64,000 nt of DNA from Bacteroidales bacterium (GCA_017620015.1 JAFZRE010000007.1:12129-76128), one strand, 5' to 3'; counted from the first letter of the stretch, positions 38,301 through 43,560 are shown. Numbers and translations: made by a program. Notes: generated from the sequence alone by a model not told the origin.

Positions 38301-39774
38301 CAATAGTATAAGCATTCGACGAACCATCATTAGTGACATACAGCGACCTTGAAGAACTGCTGTACGTCGATGTTCCAATCATCCAGTAGTTAGTTTGTGC
38401 ACCATTTGCCAAAGTCCATCTGCCATTCTCAGTAGTATTTTCAAAATTGCAAGTATATGGAATAGATGCAGCAGGCTGCAAATACCTTACACTTACATTA
38501 TCGACGGCAGCAGGCGGATTGTACGAACCACCTTGATTAGAACCATCGGACCTCCAGAAAAATACAAGGTAGTACGTTCCTGCCTCAGAAACCGATACGG
38601 TTTGCGACTTGGTCTGCCAATCGGACTGTGCACCAAGAGCAGAACCGCCATCAATGGCAATCCAACCAGTCGGAGTTGTACTTGTAGCAATGTTGTTCAT
38701 ATTTCCAGTCGATTGCGACCTTCCAGCCAAATTAGGCGACAAGGATGAAGGCACAAGATATGCACGAAGGAAATCGAACCCGGATTCACCTAGACATTTC
38801 CAATCAAACATGACCCTATAATTTCCCGTTGATGTGAGATTCAACTTTCTGATTGCATAAATATACTGGTTTGCACTATTATACGAATTCGAAGTACCAC
38901 CGTCGTTTGAAACATAAAGCGATTTGGAGCCTCCATTGTTAGTCGACGAAGCTATGCACCATCTATCAATAGCATTACCAAATGACCATTTCCCATTCTC
39001 TGTAGTATTCTCAAAATCACAATAATAAGGAAGCGATGCTGCAGCACCAGCCGTCTTTGTCGGATCCGGTGTAAATGAATAGTAGCGACCAGAACCAGGA
39101 TGCACGCCATACAAATCATCCAAATAATCAGTTGAGTAAGTTGCAGTCTGATCACTTGGGTTCACATGCCAGAACTTGCTGGCAGAAGCATTTACCAAAC
39201 CAATCTGGTAATCGCTCGGCACAGCCGTATAATCAGAGCCATACACTATCCTAATTTCATTAGAGCCCTGATACAATAGTATCTGAAACTGAATATAATT
39301 GGTTCCCGAAGAACTCGAACTTGTATGCAAAAGAAACTCTACCACCCTTACATAGGCATTATTGCTAGAAGTTCCAAGCAATCCTGTTTTCACATAACCG
39401 GCAGCACCTGTTGACATATCCTTTCCCACTCCGACAATCTTAGGAGTATTGCCATTGTAATTGGCGTTTCCCAACGGTAAATAATAACCAGTCCCACTAA
39501 TGACAGTACTACCAAGCCGCAAATTACCATTGGAATTGACAGAAAATTGAGTATATGAAACTCCATCATAAACGAATGAGAAACCGATGTCGGTCAATGC
39601 CGAAGCATAATCGTCCTTCCCTGCTGGTATAAGTTCCGTAAACGTCGGGGAATAAAACGAGCCATTCGTTCCTGTCACAAATCCATAATTTTCAAGTCCC
39701 TGTCCCAAGGTTGCAGTGCCAAAAGACAACACCGCCATCAAAAACAAAATACCAAAGCGTATTTTTCTTCTCAT
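26131..39774 (-). CDS. giant (about 4547 aa) modular surface protein: NIDO-like N-domain, 11 MAM/choice-of-anchor-J-like modules, about 13 FN3, Ig-like modules, 9 InlB-B-like repeats, type A T9SS CTD
   Basis: Uninterrupted ORF. The track ORF extends to 39798, but that codon is TTG; the first ATG (39774) gives MRRKIRFGILFLMAVLSFGTATLGQG. The recurrent module is (L/I/F)P(Y/F)xxxFE...W...Y....S...SLY(I/V).NDG.S......YAY..L.......V.F.WK..GE...D.LRAFLVP...PPAA(V/I)D(N/D). FN3 units end Y.(Y/V).(I/V)R..C....S.WS. The C-terminus is LYPNPNDGRFMVDF...GVYFARF. Confidence 0.9.
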   Translation of the reverse strand: MRRKIRFGILFLMAVLSFGTATLGQGLENYGFVTGTNGSFYSPTFTELIPAGKDDYASALTDIGFSFVYDGVSYTQFSVNSNGNLRLGSTVISGTGYYLPLGNANYNGNTPKIVGVGKDMSTGAAGYVKTGLLGTSSNNAYVRVVEFLLHTSSSSSGTNYIQFQILLYQGSNEIRIVYGSDYTAVPSDYQIGLVNASASKFWHVNPSDQTATYSTDYLDDLYGVHPGSGRYYSFTPDPTKTAGAAASLPYYCDFENTTENGKWSFGNAIDRWCIASSTNNGGSKSLYVSNDGGTSNSYNSANQYIYAIRKLNLTSTGNYRVMFDWKCLGESGFDFLRAYLVPSSLSPNLAGRSQSTGNMNNIATSTTPTGWIAIDGGSALGAQSDWQTKSQTVSVSEAGTYYLVFFWRSDGSNQGGSYNPPAAVDNVSVRYLQPAASIPYTCNFENTTENGRWTLANGAQTNYWMIGTSTYSSSSRSLYVTNDGSSNAYTIASAASSVYAYRNLNFASTGTYKVSFKWKGVGESTCDYLRVFLVPTSVETLTPGNTNSISANSAAPSGWIAVDGGDRFNLQSEWQSETRSITVSTAGEYNLVFYWRNDNSLGTMPPVAVDDISVKYVTTPASLPYTCDFENSTENAKWALDNGTQTNYWMIGTSTYSSSSKSLYITNDGSSNSYNNGSTSSVYAYRNLNFSTGNYVVSFKWKGYGESIYDYLRAFLVPVSVETLNAGNSNGITTTNTPTNWIAVDGGSKLNVHSDWQISSQTVNVETSGEYNLVFYWKNDGNGGSQPPIAIDDIEVATPCTATATISVASPMTTSAVITRTSGSGVKYELLVSTSSNPETATETPVAITSTTYTATGLTPATQYYAYIRSYCSEYRHGPWSSAVAFRTLDNPTTIPYTCDFENTTENAKWALANGSQTNYWMIGTSTYSSSSKSLYITNDGSSNAYTVASAASSVYAYRNLNFNSAGNYVVSFKWKCYGESNYDFLRAFLVPVSVGTLTAGNANSITYNSAAPSGWIAVDGGSKLNLKSTWQISSQTVNVGTAGEYNLVFYWRNDGTSGSQPPIAIDDIEVAVPCADASTLSIVALDHESVTLSRTSGSGVKYEILVTTSSNPASATETPVEMTSETQTITGLSSETQYYAYIRSYCSEYRVGSWSSALGFVTDYAPFSLPYTQNFESGTADRWTITNGYTNGWYIGTATANGGNYSLYISKNDGASNEYNTSSQSYAYAYCKLNVDEASVIKVSFDWKCYGESSFDLLRAFMIPVSLNPTLSSSNGMYSWTNDAPSGWIDVSQVGGLLNGQSDWQSSSANFNIEDAGPYYLVFFWKNDGSAGSQPPAAVDNVRVEKLSNCFIVDNVSLDDYDKTSVSVSWNPNGTATQWQVLVSTSASSPTGTPVLVNSTSTTISNLNSGTDYYVYVRSYCSSSSQSPWSDAIHFRTFDRCMPVDDLSIDDYSSNSVSLSWESPDVDDINWQVVVTASDDPATETPVSVNTTSATISGLTPNTQYNAYVRTYCGDFGYSDWESVSFKTPPVSVELPYSVDFEGVFSSNWVFENGSNGWYSGHATSNGGSRSLYISNDRGTSNIYNTNITSASYAYFTFNLEQESVVNVSFDWKCAGYDRYDYLRALIVPASRMPSFAADETNGISYSSRPSGWFMVDNGQLNQSSSWNTLSKNITLDQGLYYVVFYWYNNDWSGNQPPAAIDNVSVSVVTTCIYNGYVYVSNVGKTSADISWDDSDDISQWEVLVTTADNPDNATETPILVEGTSTTVTNLMMETDYNVYVRAYCSESSKGLWRDNDFTTLPSCLPVNYVTYNTLGQTWAQLVWKNNDDDAMQWEVLVSLSDDLSNATESIVLANDTTVTINGLEPNTQYYAFVRTKCSESERSEWKRCSFTTYPPCLPPYDFNVVVSKTSARVMWYNVYNRLGTRLVLSETEKTDAQLADETYSNTTSRSYTFNSLTPGRTYHLYAATECGNGEHSDWVHFQFATPELVAMPLPYTQDFEDGIMTNWAINNNSTGWYWGKATAKDGESSLYISYDNGVSYSYYNRNSYHNYSYAYCRLNIDHQGVVRVKFDWMCYGRNYLDCMRAFLVPVSINPSFNAGNTNGMYVYSGYNGPTPNGWIDVADPVYMCNYYYPGSGSDWQTNIYDLNMVQTGDYYLVFFWIDQPADRRDPPAAIDNISVTYLTDCIFYGEINVDNVNKTSVDVSWSTIGPATQWQILATEADSPENATETPILVSSSPATVTGLNMNTHYNIYIRSYCSASDQGIWMRASDITTLPPCEPPLEISAVVNNNSVYLNWEQPYQYDNYNVYISQSEMTDAQLASAAYTTVTYNGYYQSGLSAGQTYHAYISSNCALGEMSEWTDYVFQTPATNLVTLPYYQDFDSEVIENWNFSNEVNGWYIGNAVALSGDKSIYISSDGGLSNSYIRSSSSSYAYCRFHIDVRTVVHVSFDWKSNGYTDYLTAYIVPASSYPSFSGSSIPSSWIPASGELSSYSTQWDYHTQDVEMSNAGDYYFVLHWENSSSYAYNPPAAVDDLAIVPLSKENDIISFTFAGMADAVIDTDNHTVTCSVPYSMDLTTVKPTVTVSDFATISPESNSYINLNSPFVYVVSSEDGTEQEWTVTATRLPVSSEAEILSFWTDGLISVDINSADATVDAVISRMYDIASVSPTFGISSLATINHTNGTAYDFSSPRQFAVTAEDHSVKFWTVNVSYGDSSIGTDCTNPYIVDAENDLPYSHSSSTAGMLNMYNTYNLEYPLVLEGNDAVYRIDLPYMMRLSINVSSTTEGYSVFVMNSCGTLASYIVDYSTDILSSETLTVDLPAGSSYVIIDTYGDDINYNIQITRISYCYAVDDLRATRLQNELDVSWSSYNIDDNWTLKYGLEGFDVDSEGTQVVVNDPNYAITGLSESTRYDIYVRANCSSSGASEWSHIATSTIASCQMPEDLAAVEVYDVEATLSWEGFNMTQWNVQYRKVGETQYSSLTVNEPFVTLSGLQISTEYEVRVRSVCGGSYSDFAELNITTECTIVREFPFVENFDGETFPPQCWSQERTAAGSGAGLGYANGAWMWATSASGENTTPKAMLADAKAGSVHNLSSIGMLFAQSFNGYDISLDVYRSTASEASSDEGVEIWVNTYPNIVNGTPQMLGYVSKNYQTESAGVAAEEEAGWYTYTFNARGLVGTCYVILVGKANNAGGVYVDNLKVEKTVDCLTPSNLIVESEDENSVVLAWADANAIQGTWTVRYSLDGGDVVETSVDEPQLNITGLQSGVTYNISAEIQGVCAAGMESDWYSADIYATTDCLPLDLPYSEDFNVADGNLPTCWKSTSIGRSVWVTRNSVAYVAPGNVQGNSHLNSPWFSFSDEYVYMLEFDVKLSALYVSTPDNLSVMFVTEDMFSNTLITTPIQNADENGMVRISVAVPPYYGVARFDFSLNGYRECSIDNVVIREMRGENDILTFEVPNQTYSEIDAENATVNVGVVYGTDLTDLAPEFTISDYATVNVQSGEPRDFTNLVEYVVTAENGLRKTWAINVSVDENSCPNPTVDDIAIDVAPDSLELTIAQIYNETGYNLKVSSQPIDPEIETGDIFDGVVGNVSSITGLHFHTYYYIYVQSNCGASGWTETGSSTICGAYELPYIQDFAAETDCWDIIDYNHDNRTWSIDNGEAMYSFSMMNQADDYLASPMLSIIRNAKLEFKYRVGNFSYPETFSVYVSNESETVMLDSLTVNNETYQTYGPVDLSGFAGQDVRIAIVCQSDPYMYRLYVDDFKVDVSDYVVDVSAVGRGTVTPDGMLEVAPGGSVDFAIVPDEYNELLSLTLDGEDVTADIVDGTYTISDVNAEHSLVATFTERYVVTASATEGGQIVTEGVTVVNRGESVSYVAIPDSDYRLGAIMVDGEAVDLEPGSYIYTLENIEADHTVVAVFESIIYHTVHIAAGANGTVNPSGDVSVIEGENLSIVVIPDDGYRVHAFVVDGENALDELVANGYVYNFVNVTANHNVHVSFVENTYYTIVATCGEHGTITPNGEVSVLSGEDQSFAIVADGGYHIASVMVDGVDVTAELSGGVYTFEEVGEAHTISAEFELNTYTVVAYAQGGTITPNGSIVVNHGDDITFEFAPDNEYELFNFMVDNQIVEAGDGVYVLDSVASDHVVVAVFVPMDIVRHEIVATAGENGRILPGGRVRVIDGENQNFQIVPDEHYHIASLSVDGMPIAVVDEYMFENVTENHTISATFEADKHIVTVIAGAHGSVTPSGEVLVDEGTSLTIEFDPNVGYAASEVLVDGVSVEFSGNSYTLGNVLEDHVVNVNFDLLPMWSVTSVVGAHGSIEPEGINYVLNGDDIEFTFEADEGYMLDRVVVDGHEVEVDGNTYRFENVTEDHYIYVSFRTFAYFITATVRAHGTITPSGVVELEPGASQVFVFNPYIGYELDSVFVDGEYVVTDGNTYEFADVDSNHTIEVTFRHIAVSVADEVAVSASLYPNPNDGRFMVDFAGISGDVVYQLVDASGAIVDVRDIYVDEGMTMEFYHDLKPGVYFARFISGDRVYVERFVVE
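26365..28480 (-). repeat. 9 tandem InlB-B-repeat-like (Flg_new_2-like) modules (protein level)
   Basis: The unit is Y.(V/I)......(G/H)G.(I/V).P.G...V..G.......(P/A)D.GY.......VDG..V.......Y.F..V...H.(I/V)...F. I counted 9 units. Confidence 0.7.
36290..38470 (-). repeat. tandem ~0.82-kb DNA repeats (MAM-like module plus or minus FN3) with stretches of near-identity
   Basis: For example, 36950-37030 versus 37765-37845 (GACGAACCGTCATTAGTGATATACAGAGATTTGGAAGA.CTGCTATAAGTTGAAGTTCCTATCATCCA.TAGTTTGTCTGCG) differ at only a few positions. 36575-36740 versus 37395-37560 are also closely similar. Confidence 0.75.
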
Positions 39775-39867
39775 ATCAATAAATTTTATTCGTTTCAAAT
39801 CCTAAAATCTCATTCGGCAATCATAGCCATGAGCAAACAATACCTCTAATAAAAAAATAATAGCGCG

Positions 39868-39875
39868 CAAATATA
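39868..39875 (-). promoter_or_regulatory. candidate -7 box (TATATTTG) for giant gene 2
   Basis: The minus-strand sequence matches TAnnTTTG, 93 nt upstream of the ATG at 39774. It is the nearest match to that ATG. Confidence 0.3.
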
Positions 39876-40060
39876 CAAACAGCAGATTTAATTAACAAGA
39901 AAAAGTTAATAAAATAGACTTTATAACATTTGACACCACATCCCGAGTTGAAAATTCAAAGAATTATTTTCGCCGAATTCAATCATCAACCCGCAGAACA
40001 AACCAACAAAACATCAAAAATCGCAATTCGCAAATTATCTTTCGCTCCAGCCGCCGAAAT

Positions 40061-40151
40061 TTCACCCCCGAAACCAGTTTACCATTCGCCCCACGCTGAA
40101 ACATTCGCCCCTAATAACAAATTTTCACCCCTAAAATTACCATTTTACACC
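40061..40151 (+). promoter_or_regulatory. phased array of ATTYRCCCC motifs (possible transcription-factor binding array)
   Basis: TTCACCCC at 40061, TTCGCCCC at 40085 and 40104, TTCACCCC at 40124, and degenerate TTACACC at 40145. The spacings are 24, 19, 20 and 21 nt. Confidence 0.4.
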
Positions 40152-40237
40152 TATGCCACAGCACATTACCACATTTATTTTAGCGAGACTTTTATAGTCA
40201 GTTTCTTTGCATCGCAAAATTCAAAAAACAATTAAAA

Positions 40238-41857
40238 ATGATTAAGGAATTATTTGTTGATTATTACAAAAACGCGATTGTAAACAACTGGAATCTTCCA
40301 GCATTACAGGATTACGACAACAAGGAATCAGTAATCACTTTCGGACAACTGGGCAATAATATATTAAGGTTGCACAAACTGTTCAAGGACTGTGGCATAA
40401 ACGAAGGCGACAAGATTATAGTAGTAGGCAAAAACTCTGTGAACTGGGGTTGCGTATATCTTGCAGCAACAACCTACGGAGCAGTAATCGTTCCACTTCT
40501 GCAGGACTTTACACCTAAAGATATATACGCGCTGACAAACCACTCCGACGCCCGCATTGCATTCATTTCGGAATATATCCTTAACAAGATGGATGTCAGC
40601 AATTTCACTTTGCTCGAAGAAATATTCAAGCTCGACAACTTCGACTCTTATTTCGTTCGCAACGGCGAAAGCCACACTTACGACAGAAATATGGCAGAAG
40701 TTTCGGCAAAGGACTTCACCCTGCCAGCTCAGCCAAACGAGAAACTCGGCGTAATCCTTTACACATCAGGCACATCAGGCAGTCCTAAGGGTGTAATGCT
40801 GACACTCAACGCACTGGCAGCAAACATAAAGTTTGCACGCGAGAACATGTTCCTCGTAAGCGGCGACAAGCTGGTTTCGTTCCTGCCATTGGCACACTGC
40901 TACGGCTGTGCTTTCGACTTCCTCTACCCTCTCACCGAAGGCTGCCACATCATTTTCCTCGGCAAGTTGCCTTCACCGCAGGTAATCCTCAAGGCATTCG
41001 GCGAATACAAGCCAAGGCTGATACTTTCGGTTCCGCTGATTCTTGAAAAGATCTACAAGGGCAAGATTAAGCCGACGCTCGAAAAGCCAGCAGTTAAGTT
41101 CATGACAAAGGTTCCCGGACTTCGCAGCATCATATACCGCAAGATTCGCAAAACCCTTGAAGACGCATTCGGCGGCAACTTCATCGAACTCATCCTCGGT
41201 GGCGCAAAGGTAAACCGCGAAGTAGAAACCTTCCTCAAGAAGATAGGATTCCGCTTCACCGTAGGTTACGGTATGACAGAATGCGGACCGCTCGTAGCAT
41301 ATAGCAGCTGGAAGACCAACCCAATGTATGCAGCAGGCAAATTGGTTGACTGCCTTGAAGCAAAAGTAGAATCAAGCGCACCTGGCAAGATTGGAGAAAT
41401 CCTTCTCCGTGGCGAAAACATAATGAGCGGCTACTACAAGAATCCCGAAGAGACAGCAAGGGCTCTCGACAGCGATGGCTGGCTTCATACTGGCGACCTC
41501 GGAATCATCGACAAGGATGGCTTCATTTCGCTCAAGGGTCGCAGCAAAACTATGATTCTTACCAGCTCGGGACAGAATGTATATCCAGAAGAAATAGAAT
41601 CGAGACTTTGCAACTTCCCGCTGGTTTCGGAATGCGTAGTTGTAAGCCGCGCCGCTAAGATTGTTTCTATCATCTACCCGAATCCAGACCTCACAAAGGG
41701 AATGTCGTCGGAGCAGATTGAAACCGAACTTGCTCAATACCAGAAACAAATAAATTCCGAAATGCCAGCCTATATGCAAATCAACAGGATACAGGTTCGC
41801 GACCAGGAATTTGAAAAAACGCCCAAAAAGAGTATCAAAAGATACCTATACGAATAG
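40238..41857 (+). CDS. AMP-binding enzyme, long-chain fatty acid-CoA ligase-like
   Basis: 539 aa with the adenylation motifs ILYTSGTSGSPKGVMLT, GYGMTECG, GWLHTGDLG and PKKSIKR. Confidence 0.85.
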   Translation: MIKELFVDYYKNAIVNNWNLPALQDYDNKESVITFGQLGNNILRLHKLFKDCGINEGDKIIVVGKNSVNWGCVYLAATTYGAVIVPLLQDFTPKDIYALTNHSDARIAFISEYILNKMDVSNFTLLEEIFKLDNFDSYFVRNGESHTYDRNMAEVSAKDFTLPAQPNEKLGVILYTSGTSGSPKGVMLTLNALAANIKFARENMFLVSGDKLVSFLPLAHCYGCAFDFLYPLTEGCHIIFLGKLPSPQVILKAFGEYKPRLILSVPLILEKIYKGKIKPTLEKPAVKFMTKVPGLRSIIYRKIRKTLEDAFGGNFIELILGGAKVNREVETFLKKIGFRFTVGYGMTECGPLVAYSSWKTNPMYAAGKLVDCLEAKVESSAPGKIGEILLRGENIMSGYYKNPEETARALDSDGWLHTGDLGIIDKDGFISLKGRSKTMILTSSGQNVYPEEIESRLCNFPLVSECVVVSRAAKIVSIIYPNPDLTKGMSSEQIETELAQYQKQINSEMPAYMQINRIQVRDQEFEKTPKKSIKRYLYE

Positions 41858-41882
41858 AACACAACAAAAACTCCTAATGAAG

Positions 41883-41915
41883 AAGCGCAGACCTCCCCGG
41901 TTGCGCTTTTTCTCT
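41883..41915 (+). terminator. terminator after the acyl-CoA ligase-like gene
   Basis: Stem AAGCGCA (41883-41889) pairs with TGCGCTT (41902-41908), followed by TTTTCTCTTTT. Confidence 0.5.
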
Positions 41916-41981
41916 TTTCTAATACATTACGCCGCCAGACAAAATTCCGTTTTTTGTTTTATGAAAATAAAAAGAAGTTCT

Positions 41982-41989
41982 TATTTTTG
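41982..41989 (+). promoter_or_regulatory. Bacteroides-type -7 box (TATTTTTG) for the four-gene operon 42011-44283
   Basis: Matches TAnnTTTG, 21 nt upstream of the ATG at 42011. Confidence 0.45.
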
Positions 41990-42010
41990 CAATGAATAAT
42001 TGTAACAAAT

Positions 42011-42679
42011 ATGAATTCAACTAATATGAACGATACTAACAATCTGAGTGTTCGGAATAATCCGAATACTCAGAATATTCCGAATACCCAGAGTACCTCA
42101 AACTCAGACAAGCCCAACACCTTTCTTCCACAACACGGACACTACCGCAACCTACGAGTCTATAAAGTAACAGAAATAATCTACGACATAACCTACTATT
42201 TTACACAGAAGTACCTAAACAAAGGCGACCGCACTATAGACCAAATGATTCAAGCCGCTCGTAGTGGAAAACAAAATATTGCCGAAGGCAACCAAGCAGC
42301 AGCCACATCAAGTGAAACCGAAATAAAATTGACAAATGTGGCAAAAGCCAGCCTGGAAGAATTATTGACCGACTACGAAGATTACTTACGTGTACGCAAC
42401 TTACAACAATGGGGACAATTACATCCCAGATACGACGCTCTACGCCAATATGCTCGTAGCGAAAGCATTATGCAGGACTATGCACAGCAAATAAAACGAA
42501 TGAACGATGAAGAAATTTCCAACCTATGCATTACACTTATACACCAAGCAACATATATGCTACATAAGTTATTGACTACTATGCAGAACCGCTTTATTAC
42601 CGAAGGAGGAATAAAGGAACAAATGTATAACGCACGAGCAAATTATCGTAACACACAAAATAAACAACAAGGACAATAA
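42011..42679 (+). CDS. four-helix-bundle protein (23S rRNA IVS / S23-like family) with a C-terminal extension and a low-complexity N-terminus
   Basis: 222 aa with YKVTEIIYDITYYFTQKYL...DQMIQAARSGKQNIAEGNQ...KLTNVAKASLEELLTDYEDYL, as in the four-helix-bundle family. The N-terminal ~45 aa are N/T/Q/S-rich. Confidence 0.75.
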   Translation: MNSTNMNDTNNLSVRNNPNTQNIPNTQSTSNSDKPNTFLPQHGHYRNLRVYKVTEIIYDITYYFTQKYLNKGDRTIDQMIQAARSGKQNIAEGNQAAATSSETEIKLTNVAKASLEELLTDYEDYLRVRNLQQWGQLHPRYDALRQYARSESIMQDYAQQIKRMNDEEISNLCITLIHQATYMLHKLLTTMQNRFITEGGIKEQMYNARANYRNTQNKQQGQ

Positions 42680-42688
42680 CAAACGAAT

Positions 42689-43084
42689 ATGAGAAACGCA
42701 AAATTAATATTGCTATTAATAAGTATTGCATTTTGTACTGGTGCCTATAACTGTACAGCACAAAATACCGAACCATTCAAAAAATTTTGGAAATCATACA
42801 CTTCCGACTCCGTATTCCAGATGGAACGCACTAAATTTCCGCTTCCGCTTACCTATTATGAATACGACGAAGACACCGAAACCGAAATAACCGAAGACAT
42901 TGGTGCCGAATTCTGGCTGTTCGACAATTTCGTTGACGAAAGCTACAAATCTAGAACAGAAAAGGAAAACGACTCGTATGTAGTCACCAAAACAGGAATA
43001 GAAAACGGCATATACGTAAGATACTACTTTGCTACAACCGATGGCAAGTGGTATTTAGTAAGAATAATAGATTCAAGCAATTAA
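42689..43084 (+). CDS. hypothetical secreted/lipoprotein (possibly DUF4348-like)
   Basis: 131 aa with signal peptide MRNAKLILLLISIAFCTGAYNC, then FKKFWKSYTSDSVFQMERTKFPLP. The family name is tentative. Confidence 0.6.
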   Translation: MRNAKLILLLISIAFCTGAYNCTAQNTEPFKKFWKSYTSDSVFQMERTKFPLPLTYYEYDEDTETEITEDIGAEFWLFDNFVDESYKSRTEKENDSYVVTKTGIENGIYVRYYFATTDGKWYLVRIIDSSN

Positions 43085-43085
43085 C

Positions 43086-43559
43086 ATGGAAGAACCGACA
43101 CTCAACGCACACAACAAGGATGAATTTCCGCCAGCACACAGCGCCGAACACATACTAAACCAGACTATGGTGCGCACATTCGGCTGTGCTCGTTCGCGCA
43201 TAAACCACATCGAGCGCAAGAAGAGCAAATGCAACTACGACCTCGACTTCTGCCCTACCGACGAGCAGATTCGCGCAGTAGAAACCAAGGTAAATGAGAT
43301 TATTGCGCAAAACTTGCCAATCGAAACCAAATTTGTCAGCCGCAACGAACTGCCGCCGTCAATCGACATCAGCCGTCTGCCCGAAGATGCAAGCGAAACA
43401 CTACGTCTCGTCTATATAGGCGACTACGACGTGTGCCCCTGCCTTGGCAACCACGTGAAAAGCACTGCAGAAATCGGCAGTTTCCGTATCACCAGCACAA
43501 GCTACAACGACGGTATTTTCAGGATAGTATTTAGAGTTTCACCAGCAAACGAGCAATAA
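43086..43559 (+). CDS. AlaX-S-like stand-alone alanyl/threonyl-tRNA editing domain protein (tRNA_SAD)
   Basis: 157 aa with the zinc motifs HSAEH (HxxxH) and CLGNH (CxxxH) at the spacing typical of AlaX. Confidence 0.75.
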   Translation: MEEPTLNAHNKDEFPPAHSAEHILNQTMVRTFGCARSRINHIERKKSKCNYDLDFCPTDEQIRAVETKVNEIIAQNLPIETKFVSRNELPPSIDISRLPEDASETLRLVYIGDYDVCPCLGNHVKSTAEIGSFRITSTSYNDGIFRIVFRVSPANEQ

Positions 43560-43560
43560 A

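Noticed and set aside
39775-39798. N-terminal extensions given by the ORF track: giant gene 2 to 39798, rimO to 45592, the DMT transporter from 53747, and the DUF4834-like gene to 50069
   Set aside because: The first three extended starts are TTG codons. The nearest ATG in each case gives a proper signal peptide or conserved N-terminus. For rimO the extension would also include its own -7 box. The DUF4834-like extension (codon not checked) would overlap the upstream gene by 44 nt.
39930-40235. 101-aa ORF across the long spacer upstream of the acyl-CoA ligase gene
   Set aside because: It starts at TTG and has a proline/low-complexity translation, no promoter box and no RBS-like context. The periodic ATTYRCCCC DNA motif explains the sequence better than coding does.
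42011-42679. Four-helix-bundle protein as a possible Avd-like component of a diversity-generating retroelement
   Set aside because: The window has no reverse transcriptase ORF. I could not find a template/variable repeat pair with adenine-specific differences. The gene sits in an ordinary operon.
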